Below are positions 49,329 through 58,823 of a DNA stretch of 64,000 nt, piece by piece. Source of the DNA: a virus (lineage: Duplodnaviria > Caudoviricetes); the IMG/VR virus record IMGVR_UViG_3300021431_000003, positions 1-64,000 of that record, one strand, 5' to 3'. Made by a program: the position numbers and the translations under genes. Each line of letters opens with the position of its first letter. The stretch's first letter is position 1. A model generated the notes under the pieces. The model saw only the letters and a list, made by a program, of their open reading frames with translations, was not told where the DNA came from and did not search any database.

Positions 49329-50603
49329 TTAAAATCCTTCTTTATTAGAACGCTTGAGAATCATCTGAATTGCTTTATTAAGAATCTGCTTATCCTGTTT
49401 AAAGCAATCCTTAGCAGCTTCAAGCTTAGCAGAGAAAGCTTGTGTATGAATCTGGCACATTTGACTTACTCTAGCAGAATATACCTTAAGTAAGCTCTGC
49501 ATCTTATCCGCAGTAGAACTATCATAGATATATCCAGTTTTAGAGTCACCAAAGTTAATAGCACTAAGATTATTAGAAGCATACTCTCTTCCGCCGCTAG
49601 TAGTAATGTCGAGCTTATGAGTATCCTTATTATACTTAATCATCTTGTCGAGATATTTTTCAAGGTCTTCATAATCCTTTACCATGTCATTCTTGTTCTT
49701 CTCAATAGCTTTTACTACATCTTTATACTTATCAAATCTACGATAAGCATCATTTACAAATCCGCTATCAATAGTAATACTAGATGTAGAATCACTATCA
49801 TCTCTGAAAATTTTAAATAATTCTTCTGTAAATTCTCTAGAGTCAAACTTCTGATTTGCTTTACCGATTACAATACCTCTGAATTCTTCATAGAAGTCTT
49901 CATTCTTATCAGAGATATCATTAATTTTATTTGAAAGGTCACTATTAATTTTTTCTGTAGCAGCCTTTCTTCTATCGATTTCAACTTTATCGGCGTTAGT
50001 ATTTGTATCTAAGTCACCAAATCTGTCATTCATATTAGCGCCAAATTTATAATAGTCTCCATCAACTGAACCCTTAAAATTATCAGCAAAACTTAAGTCC
50101 ATTACTCCATTAGTCGTAGCACTACCTTTAAAAGCATCAACTGCTTTTGCTTGAGGAATACCATCATAACTTTCGATATGTGTATACTTATAACCCTGGA
50201 ATTCGAATTCATCTTCAGAACCAAACTTATTTAACAGCTTAGCATTCTTCTTGATATACTTCTCAGAACCTACTAATGCTGCAAGTTTAGCAACGAATTC
50301 TTTGAATACTTTCTTAATCCATTCAATGAATTTCTTGATGATGTCTTTAATCTTATTAAAGAAATCACTAAAGGATTCATTGATAATATTGCTATCTCCG
50401 TAAGAACCCATAACCTTAGTATAGAATTCCTTTTCTGCATTACAATAGAATGCATTCATTTCAAGAATAGCATCATAACCTTCCTGAACAAAGGAATGAC
50501 GTTGTACATCATTATCTACATAACCGATATTATCAATATCGATAGAAGAAGATGTAGTATTGTCATTCTCAAGGAGAATATTGTTTAACGAGAATAAACC
50601 CAT
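49329..50603 (-). CDS. Internal head protein, paralog 3
   Basis: INES-FSDFFNKIKDIIKKFIEWIKK; GYKYTH; FTEELFKIFRD; QAFSA.L.A.KD. Confidence 0.7.
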   Translation of the reverse strand: MGLFSLNNILLENDNTTSSSIDIDNIGYVDNDVQRHSFVQEGYDAILEMNAFYCNAEKEFYTKVMGSYGDSNIINESFSDFFNKIKDIIKKFIEWIKKVFKEFVAKLAALVGSEKYIKKNAKLLNKFGSEDEFEFQGYKYTHIESYDGIPQAKAVDAFKGSATTNGVMDLSFADNFKGSVDGDYYKFGANMNDRFGDLDTNTNADKVEIDRRKAATEKINSDLSNKINDISDKNEDFYEEFRGIVIGKANQKFDSREFTEELFKIFRDDSDSTSSITIDSGFVNDAYRRFDKYKDVVKAIEKNKNDMVKDYEDLEKYLDKMIKYNKDTHKLDITTSGGREYASNNLSAINFGDSKTGYIYDSSTADKMQSLLKVYSARVSQMCQIHTQAFSAKLEAAKDCFKQDKQILNKAIQMILKRSNKEGF

Positions 50604-50702
50604 GTATGTTTCCTCCTTTACATAAAGTAAGAAAAGCCAGAATACCAGTTAAGGTATTCTGGCTCTGATTATATCGTAATATATCAGACCAACTGATATT
50701 TA

Positions 50703-51968
50703 TTAAACAAGCTTTACAGAGGAGATGAAGTCGCCACCGAAAGCAGTAGAAGTTGTGTTACCGTCATTGGAATAATCAGCAGACTCAGTCATCTTCTTAC
50801 TCAGACCGATAACCTTAACTGCGATTTCCTTAGCCTGAGTACACTGGTCCTTAGTAGCCTGAAGAGCTGCAGAGAACGCCTGTGTCTGAACTTCTTTAAT
50901 GAAACCCCAAATAGACTGAACAAGAGATGCTGCAGAGACAATCTTTTCGTTGTTAAGCTTAGTAGTATCATTTGTATTACTATCATTGTTTACCTTAACA
51001 AGAGAATCTTCAGCTTTATCGATAGCATTAACCATCTCGTCAATGGATTTAACCATAGCATTTTCAGTCTTTTCGAGATTAGTCTTAATTTTATCATAAT
51101 CTTTAATGCATGTCATAAGACCATTAATGCTATTACCGTAAGCTCCAGTAACATCATTCTTCTTCATGTCCTGTTTAGAATCTTGACCATCTCTGAAAAC
51201 CTTGAAAAGCTCTTCGGTAAATTCCTTAGAATCAAGACCCTTATCTACATCGGTAGAAAATTCAGCTGCACCCATACTATTAATAGTACCACCGTTAATA
51301 GCTGTGATGGTTGCTTGACGAATACCATCTTTAATACCATCGAGTTTATCACGTACAGCAGCAATTTCATTAGTCTCTGCACCAGTAGTTCCGCCATTAC
51401 CGTCATTTTTTACAGCTACAGTTTTTAATGCATTTGCTAGGTCAGTATTATTTGCATTTAAAATATCGACAATCTTACCAGTACCTTTAAATTTTGTTTT
51501 AAATGTAGCAGTAGCATCACTAGTTGAAAGATTTGGGAGATGAGTATACTTATAACCCTTGAATTCCCAATCATTACTTACAAGACCCCAGTTCTTAATA
51601 ACTTCCTTTTCATACTTCTTAGCGAAGTCTTTGTTATTACCGAACCAAGAAGACATCTTAGCGATGAATGTATGGAAAATCTTATGAATCTTTTCGATAA
51701 TCTTCTTGAAGAATGCCTTAATCTTTTCAAAGATACCCTTGATATTTACAGATTCATAAAGAACATCTGTATTACCGTACTGCTCCATAGAAGCAAGTTC
51801 CTGAAGAGCGATAGCCTTCATGAAAGCATTCTGGTTAGCTGCAGACTCAGCTGCAGCAATGATACCAAGCTCATGATAATTGAAATGCTCTCCAGTGAAA
51901 GGTTCTACAGAGGTATAATCAGAACTAGAATAGCCGTTATTGAAAACAGCATTAGTATAGATACCCAT
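50703..51968 (-). CDS. Internal head protein, paralog 2
   Basis: Start MGIYTN at 51968 with aaggagg RBS; LYES-V..IFEKIKAFFKKI; GYKYTH; FTEELFKVFRD. Confidence 0.7.
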   Translation of the reverse strand: MGIYTNAVFNNGYSSSDYTSVEPFTGEHFNYHELGIIAAAESAANQNAFMKAIALQELASMEQYGNTDVLYESVNIKGIFEKIKAFFKKIIEKIHKIFHTFIAKMSSWFGNNKDFAKKYEKEVIKNWGLVSNDWEFKGYKYTHLPNLSTSDATATFKTKFKGTGKIVDILNANNTDLANALKTVAVKNDGNGGTTGAETNEIAAVRDKLDGIKDGIRQATITAINGGTINSMGAAEFSTDVDKGLDSKEFTEELFKVFRDGQDSKQDMKKNDVTGAYGNSINGLMTCIKDYDKIKTNLEKTENAMVKSIDEMVNAIDKAEDSLVKVNNDSNTNDTTKLNNEKIVSAASLVQSIWGFIKEVQTQAFSAALQATKDQCTQAKEIAVKVIGLSKKMTESADYSNDGNTTSTAFGGDFISSVKLV

Positions 51969-51972
51969 ATTC

Positions 51973-53295
51973 TTAGTCCTCCTTTCTTGTACCGATAGAT
52001 TCCATATTAATATAGAACTGTTCAGCAGCAGCCTCACCGAGAGCCTGATAATACTCAACAGATTCCTTATGAGTAGTAGAAGACCAAGCTGCTGCAGCAG
52101 TCCACATCTTACGTGCCTGAGCCATAGCAAACTTAACCTGAGACATATACTCAGAAGTTACCTTTGTAATAACTTCCTGTTCGTTAGAAGCAACCTTCTG
52201 GCAAGCCTGGATGCACTGCTGTAAATCAGATGCTTTAAGCTTAGATGCATTTTGACCATTGCCAGTTTCCTTATCAAAGTCAGCGGCAACACTACCTCCA
52301 ATTTTAGAATCCTTGTCTACGCTGCTTGTATTATTTCTAAATTCCCATTTACCATTATTAGAACCCTTGAATGCAGCTTTATCAGATTCGGAATTCTTTT
52401 GGATAAATGTTGCAAGATTATCGCTAGTCTTATTTAAATCATCAATAATTTTATTAATGATTTTATCAAGATTATCATTAGTCTTTCTGACTTCAGATTC
52501 CCACTTTTCATCCATTAAAACACCTTTTACCCACTTAGATGTGAATGTAGAAGAAGAAATCTTATCATCTTCGCCATCAAAAGTAGCCTCATCTTCATAT
52601 AAAAATTCTGTAACTTTTTCAGAAAATTCTTTATAATCAGATACAGTTACATTTGTATAAGCTTTAAGCAGAGCAAGTTTGAGCTCTTCTGTATCAGCAT
52701 CTTTAATTTTTGATGTAGTCCAAGTATTATTAGCACCAGTACCGCCGATATGAGGAGCATATGCTGCATCAGCAGTAGTTTTCCTTGGATCAATTTGATA
52801 TGCATCATTAATTGCGAATTTAAATGCACATGTGGTGCCTGTGCCAAAAATTGCAGACTTGATATCATCTTTACCAGCTCTAGGCTTACGAATTCCCTTA
52901 ATCTTCAGGTCCTTCCAGTTAGAGTACTTGATAATCTGCTTCTCGTACTTCTTAACAAGGTCCTTACCGTTCTTGAAAGCACCAGCAAGCTTAGCGAGGA
53001 AAGCATTGAAGATACCCTTAATCTTAGCAAGAAGCTTCTTGAACATTTCAACAATCTTCTTGATAACATCAGTGAAAGCATTCTCGTTTACAATCTGAGT
53101 ACCTTCCTGAAGAGACATAACTTCAGCCATGTCATTATAGATAGCACTTTCGAAGAGAGCCATATCGTTAGCCTGATTATCAGCCATAATATGTGCACAA
53201 CCAAAAGCTGCATCATATGCTTCATTAGCGGGGATTTCAGCGGCATAGTCGTATGCTTCGCCTACAACAAATCTATTGCTTGTATAGATTCCCAT
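51973..53295 (-). CDS. Internal head protein, paralog 1
   Basis: MGIYTS; VNE-NAFTDVIKKIVEMFKK; late promoter at 53364-53377. Confidence 0.7.
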   Translation of the reverse strand: MGIYTSNRFVVGEAYDYAAEIPANEAYDAAFGCAHIMADNQANDMALFESAIYNDMAEVMSLQEGTQIVNENAFTDVIKKIVEMFKKLLAKIKGIFNAFLAKLAGAFKNGKDLVKKYEKQIIKYSNWKDLKIKGIRKPRAGKDDIKSAIFGTGTTCAFKFAINDAYQIDPRKTTADAAYAPHIGGTGANNTWTTSKIKDADTEELKLALLKAYTNVTVSDYKEFSEKVTEFLYEDEATFDGEDDKISSSTFTSKWVKGVLMDEKWESEVRKTNDNLDKIINKIIDDLNKTSDNLATFIQKNSESDKAAFKGSNNGKWEFRNNTSSVDKDSKIGGSVAADFDKETGNGQNASKLKASDLQQCIQACQKVASNEQEVITKVTSEYMSQVKFAMAQARKMWTAAAAWSSTTHKESVEYYQALGEAAAEQFYINMESIGTRKED

Positions 53296-53400
53296 ATTGT
53301 ATAACCTCCTTATTAGATTATTACTTTAGTATATAAATTGACAAAAGATTTCACACACACATTTTTATTTATATGTTTATAAGCAAAAGTTTAAAGTAAA

Positions 53401-55044
53401 TTAGAATAGTGCAGAGCTAGCAGAATCTGGTAGTTCATCCATTACATCACTAGCTTTATACTTCTTACTATCTTCTGCTTTAATATCTTTACTAGCAGAC
53501 TTTTCTGCTGTAGCACCATCGACTGCAATCTTACGAGCAATCTTACGGAAATCATCAGCAACCTTCATCTGCTTCTTAGAGATATTCTTTCTTTCTTCCT
53601 TATTAAGGTCAAGTCTATTATTCTCTACATTATATGCACTAACCTGTAATAGGTCTGCTTGTACATCAAAGAACTCAGAGATTCTTACTCTATAATAGAA
53701 GAAGAGGAAGATGAGTTCTCTGATAATAGGAATGATACAGAATAACAAACCTGCTACACCGACAACAGCTGCTACAGCAGCACCACCAGTATAAATACCA
53801 AAACCGAGGAAGTTCTTTTTGGAAGTATCCATAGTCTTCTTAGATACAGTCTCATCAAGCACATGCTCCATAGCTTTAGTGACTTGTCCCTTACGATAAG
53901 CTTCATTGAAAGATTCAAGATTCTTAAATAAGAGATGTCCCTTAGACTTGGTAAGAGCAGACTTATCAATCATAATCTGCATAGTATCCTGAGATGGAGA
54001 CTTAACAAAATCTACACACATAGATACCATATAAGATGTAACTTCAATGATTGCTAATACAATAGTATTATAAGTAATCATAGGAAGTTCTGCATTAACA
54101 GCATATGCTTTAGTCCAGACACCCTTAGATTCAATGATATCAGATACAGACTCTGCAATTGTATCAACAGGCTTAGTATCCTGTTTGAATTCAATAAGCA
54201 GACGAGCCATATTATTAAGACACTCATGAAGAGTCTCAAAATTAGGAAGCTTTTCAATATCACCTCTAGAGCGTTCAATCTCGCCGAAGTCAATATCATC
54301 TACTCTATCTACTACGTTATCATATAACTTAGAAGTTAGAGATACAAGAACCTTATTTTGGTCAGCTTCATTAACTGCAAGAAGAACCTTACGAGTTTCT
54401 CTATCTGTGATATCAAAGAATTCATTCATTGCACGAGTGTATTCTTCAGAACGATAGATATCTCTCCAGTCAACAGCTTCATTAGCAGCTTTACGATTCT
54501 TTTCTTGTTGCTTGATAATCTGTTGAGCAGATTTAATACCTTTATCAACACCTTTACCAAGAAACTTAGCACCACTTCTAATAACACCACCGCCAGTAGC
54601 AATATCTGCTGCAGTAGTAAGTGCCTTTTCAGCAGGCTTTTCTCTCCAACTCTGTTTCTCTTTTTCAAGTTCGATAGCAGTAGAGTTAGTAAGGTCACGT
54701 CTCATATCATCAGCTTTCTTCTCAAGCTGCTTTGCTGTAGACGAGTTCTTACCTTCTTCAAAGTATTCTTCACCTTCAAGAGTACAGTCGATGATATTAC
54801 CATTAGCATCTTCTTTAAAAGTAATCTTCTTTTTACCTTTAGAAGAATCGTCAGCTTTCTTCTTGTTAAGCCAGATATTACTCTTAGCATTAGCAGTAGC
54901 CTTAGCAGCAAGATCCTTCATCTGTCCTGTTCTATCTTGAATCTGTTTCTTAAGTTTAGAATCAGTCTCTCTAGTATCTACAGAAAGAGACTTATTGTTT
55001 TCATTCATGATACGTTGGAGTTCTAAATCAGAAAAAATAGCCAT
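53401..55044 (-). CDS. Putative virion protein with C-terminal hydrophobic segment
   Basis: Late operon; multiple xNE-A sites; GGAAVAAVVGVAGLLFCIIPII...LIFLFFYY. Confidence 0.6.
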   Translation of the reverse strand: MAIFSDLELQRIMNENNKSLSVDTRETDSKLKKQIQDRTGQMKDLAAKATANAKSNIWLNKKKADDSSKGKKKITFKEDANGNIIDCTLEGEEYFEEGKNSSTAKQLEKKADDMRRDLTNSTAIELEKEKQSWREKPAEKALTTAADIATGGGVIRSGAKFLGKGVDKGIKSAQQIIKQQEKNRKAANEAVDWRDIYRSEEYTRAMNEFFDITDRETRKVLLAVNEADQNKVLVSLTSKLYDNVVDRVDDIDFGEIERSRGDIEKLPNFETLHECLNNMARLLIEFKQDTKPVDTIAESVSDIIESKGVWTKAYAVNAELPMITYNTIVLAIIEVTSYMVSMCVDFVKSPSQDTMQIMIDKSALTKSKGHLLFKNLESFNEAYRKGQVTKAMEHVLDETVSKKTMDTSKKNFLGFGIYTGGAAVAAVVGVAGLLFCIIPIIRELIFLFFYYRVRISEFFDVQADLLQVSAYNVENNRLDLNKEERKNISKKQMKVADDFRKIARKIAVDGATAEKSASKDIKAEDSKKYKASDVMDELPDSASSALF

Positions 55045-55066
55045 AAGTTAACCTCCTTTCTTTTTG

Positions 55067-56806
55067 TTATCTGCTAACCTTAGATAGTAGGTTAACCATC
55101 TTCTTATAACTGTTATCAGATGCCTCACGCTCTAAGCCAGAGAAAGGAATCATTTCATAAGTATCGTCTCCAGTATCATAGAGGAAAGATGCAACTTCAG
55201 TAGACTGATTAGCTACTACAAGACACATAAAATTATATGCATCCATAATCTTTCTAGCTCTAGATACATCAAGAATATCAATACTATGAACTTTCTTGAG
55301 ATATTCAGAATCATTTTCCGACATTACAAGAGTAGAGATGGCAGTAGCATCATTATACATCTTGAGAGAACGACGGAACTTAGACTTGGTAGAACGTCTT
55401 TCAAGAACCTTCCAAAGTTTATTAGAAGAAGCATTCTTACCATAAGACTTAGCATCAAACTTAGCCTGGTCAACAGCAAATAAGAAATCTCTAAAGAAAG
55501 CAATCTCATTTGTAGTTGCTCTTACAAAGTTAGTAAGAAAGCTCTTGTCTTGAAGCTTACCAGAGATACGATTAACAATATCAGCAGAAGTGATAGGATA
55601 GATTTTACATTTAATTCCAATAACAGCAGTATTAATACTACCCTCACCATCTTCAGACTTACGAATAAAATTAACTACCATCATAGTAGGCTGAAGTTCA
55701 TTTGCTTTCTTATATTCATTGTTAAGAACAATTGCATTATGAGCTTTAGTCATAGACTCCATATATTTTGCAAAATCTATAGAGTTCATATTTTTTGAAT
55801 CAAAAGAACCACTTTGTTTAATTTCTCGATTAATTCTTTCATTTTGCGTTTTTCTAGCTTTTTCGTATCTTTCTAACTGTTGTTTAGCAGCCTTATATTC
55901 TTTTTCTCTATCTTTATAACTTGGGTCACTAGGGTCTGGTTTACCAATATCATTTTCCCAATTAGAAACAAGACTAGAAAGTCTACTTTCTTCTGGGTCC
56001 ATTGTAGTATAGCTAGTATTCTTAATATTTTGAGTAAAATTACCAGAACCAGTTTGATAATTACTTTGTGGTCCATGCATAGTTGACCAGTTTTGAGTTA
56101 GTATATCAAATTCATCTTGAGTAATTGAACCAGCGTTCAGCGCCCCTTTAATATCAGCTAATGTTACTTTATCTGGTTCATTAGAAAAATTAGACATACT
56201 ATGTCTAGCACCTCTAATGTCTCCAGCTTTTGTATAATGATAATCTTCTTTAACAATCATATCATTATATCCAGTTCTATAACCAGGTACAATCTTATAA
56301 GATTCAAGACTAGATTCATTTACATTATCAGGTAATGTATAATTAGATTCTTTAAGCTCTTCAAGAACTGTATTAAGTACTTCATGGTCAATCTTAAGAG
56401 TAGCATCATAAGACTCACCAAATGTAGTAGCAAGCTTATCAAATGCATCAGCATAGCCATCTAATGTATTATTCATACTTCCTACATTTGCATGGAACTT
56501 ACGTACATAATCATATACATCCTCGTTACTACCTACACTAATAGCAGTAAAAAGAATATGAAGAAGAGAAGCCATCTTCTTTTCTTGTGCTTTAGCAATC
56601 ATAATTGCATTATCAGGGTCAATATCTGTACTAACCATTACAGGGAAAGTAAGAATTAAATCCTTTGTTGCAGAAGTAATAGACTTGAAGCTTCTTTTTG
56701 CATTAGCATTATTGATGAATTGAACTTCATCAAAGTCTTTCAGGTCTGTCAGAATATCTACGATATCTTTAACAACAGATTCGTGAAAATACTCTCTTCC
56801 GTTCAT
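55067..56806 (-). CDS. Putative virion structural protein
   Basis: Late promoter at 56833-56846; FHES, VNES sites; polar central insert. Confidence 0.6.
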   Translation of the reverse strand: MNGREYFHESVVKDIVDILTDLKDFDEVQFINNANAKRSFKSITSATKDLILTFPVMVSTDIDPDNAIMIAKAQEKKMASLLHILFTAISVGSNEDVYDYVRKFHANVGSMNNTLDGYADAFDKLATTFGESYDATLKIDHEVLNTVLEELKESNYTLPDNVNESSLESYKIVPGYRTGYNDMIVKEDYHYTKAGDIRGARHSMSNFSNEPDKVTLADIKGALNAGSITQDEFDILTQNWSTMHGPQSNYQTGSGNFTQNIKNTSYTTMDPEESRLSSLVSNWENDIGKPDPSDPSYKDREKEYKAAKQQLERYEKARKTQNERINREIKQSGSFDSKNMNSIDFAKYMESMTKAHNAIVLNNEYKKANELQPTMMVVNFIRKSEDGEGSINTAVIGIKCKIYPITSADIVNRISGKLQDKSFLTNFVRATTNEIAFFRDFLFAVDQAKFDAKSYGKNASSNKLWKVLERRSTKSKFRRSLKMYNDATAISTLVMSENDSEYLKKVHSIDILDVSRARKIMDAYNFMCLVVANQSTEVASFLYDTGDDTYEMIPFSGLEREASDNSYKKMVNLLSKVSR

Positions 56807-56884
56807 TGAGTTAACCTCCTTTATACTCAGATTTTATAGATATGTTTCAAAAAATAAAGTGTATCACCAGACTGATGTCTCTAA

Positions 56885-57256
56885 TTAATCGCCAATAAGT
56901 CGGTTCATTAATTCATTAAACTGATTGTCTGATAATGTAATAGATTGATTAGCCATGATATTAGCATTACTCGGAGCTATTACAAACATTCCATCACTAG
57001 AATATGACTGTTTACTTCCAAACATCTCATACAATTTATCAATTCTAGATTCAATCTTATTCATTCTAGCAATAATATCTGAATAATTATTATTTGCTTG
57101 CGGAACTTGAATTGGAGTTGCTTTGAAATTAGAAGTTGATGAAGAAGAGGTATATTTAGCTTTTTCTTGTTCATAAATATGCTCAAGTCTTGCTTGTTCT
57201 CTAGCGAAATACTCTCTATTACTTTTACACATATCGTCAAAATCTTTACCATTCAT
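56885..57256 (-). CDS. Hypothetical early protein
   Basis: 123 aa, gaggtgg RBS, early promoter at 57352-57367. Confidence 0.6.
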   Translation of the reverse strand: MNGKDFDDMCKSNREYFAREQARLEHIYEQEKAKYTSSSSTSNFKATPIQVPQANNNYSDIIARMNKIESRIDKLYEMFGSKQSYSSDGMFVIAPSNANIMANQSITLSDNQFNELMNRLIGD

Positions 57257-57433
57257 TATTAACCACCTCTATAGCCTTTCTAAAATATAATACTCGTGTA
57301 TAACTTCTCGGTGAGGCTATAGGTCATTTTGATGATACACTTTATTCAATACACATTAATAGTATATAAATATGTAGCACTTTACCCTCTTGAACATTTA
57401 GATAATCGTAAGATTATGAAAGGAGGAGTAACC

Positions 57434-58807
57434 GTGGAGATAAAACCGATTAATGAATTTAAAAATAAGAATAATTTCAGTGATGGATTAAGTTTCATGG
57501 ATGCTTATCATTCTGAAACAAATCCTGATATAATTAGCAAGTTAACTGGAGAAACTTATCTTCAGGTAAGAGCTAACAATGGTTCTGGTGAAGGTACACC
57601 AGTTGATAATGAGCATCTTATTAATGTAAGAGATCCAGAAAAGTTATCCCAGCATCAAATAATGGATAAATATACACGCAATGTTTCATATGCGAATAAT
57701 TATATTGAAACATCTACAACTGGACAATATTCTTCTGACAATTATAAAAATGGAGATGCTATTAAAGTTACTAAAGATGAGTATGCAAATTTCCTTAAGG
57801 GTTCTACAATGCCATCAGACCCAGAGGATATGTATAGAAATCGTTTCAGTAGATTTAGCCGATACGGATATATTGATGCAGCTAACGAGTTTATTACTGG
57901 AACGAGAGAATATATATTTTTTTCTAAACCAGATTTACATCTTATAGGTGGTGGTAATAGTATTTATGCACCTTTAATGACTAACTCTTTTTTAATGGAA
58001 GCTTTCAACCATTATCGTTATAGCTTTTATTCACTACAACAAACTTTTCCCGATGGAGGTAATTATTTACCTGGTCAAATTGGTGTAATGAACGCTAATT
58101 CACCATCAAAATTTGACCCACATTGTAAGTATATACCACTGTTATCTAATATGGTAACTAGTACATTAGATTTGAGCGATATTACTGCTTCCGATGTAGA
58201 GAATAATAGAAACTTATATCAGATTAATACAACTTATAGAGAAGGTTCGTTAGCATCTGATTTACAGTATGATTTTTCTCTTGAATTTAAAGATACTAAG
58301 TATCTTGACGTATATATGCTCTTTAAGATTTATGATGAGTATTGTAGACATAAATATTATGCTGATATAGAACCTGCCAAAGAAGACTATATTATTAATA
58401 GAATATATCCAGAAGCTATATCTATATGGAAAGTTATAGTAGATGATACAGATAGAATTGTTTATTGGGCTAAAGCTATTGGATGTACTCCAATGTCTGT
58501 ACCTAGAGGTTCACTATCTAATTTTGAAAATCAGATTAAATTTACTATAAACTGGAAAGCACAATTTGTAAAAGATATGGATCCAATAAATTTGATGGAG
58601 TTAAACCATCTAACAGAATTATCTATGCATGATAATAGGCCGTCTTCTTTTGCTCTTCCATCTGCTGGAGAGACTTGGGTTGGTTATCCATATGTAATTA
58701 AAGATGCAGGGCCTAATGGTAATTTTAGAACACATGCTAGAACTGGTGATAATGGTAATGGTAGAACAACGCCAGATAGTTTTTATAAATTAGTATGGGC
58801 ATCTTAA
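57434..58807 (+). CDS. Tail-tube-fold baseplate protein (putative)
   Basis: GTG start with aggagg RBS; YIFFSKPDL, IPLLSN, FSLEFKD, YWAK..G..P.SVP pattern of jumbo-phage tube/initiator proteins; adjacent to wedge gene. Confidence 0.55.
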   Translation: MEIKPINEFKNKNNFSDGLSFMDAYHSETNPDIISKLTGETYLQVRANNGSGEGTPVDNEHLINVRDPEKLSQHQIMDKYTRNVSYANNYIETSTTGQYSSDNYKNGDAIKVTKDEYANFLKGSTMPSDPEDMYRNRFSRFSRYGYIDAANEFITGTREYIFFSKPDLHLIGGGNSIYAPLMTNSFLMEAFNHYRYSFYSLQQTFPDGGNYLPGQIGVMNANSPSKFDPHCKYIPLLSNMVTSTLDLSDITASDVENNRNLYQINTTYREGSLASDLQYDFSLEFKDTKYLDVYMLFKIYDEYCRHKYYADIEPAKEDYIINRIYPEAISIWKVIVDDTDRIVYWAKAIGCTPMSVPRGSLSNFENQIKFTINWKAQFVKDMDPINLMELNHLTELSMHDNRPSSFALPSAGETWVGYPYVIKDAGPNGNFRTHARTGDNGNGRTTPDSFYKLVWAS

Positions 58808-58823
58808 GTAAAGGAGGGAAACT

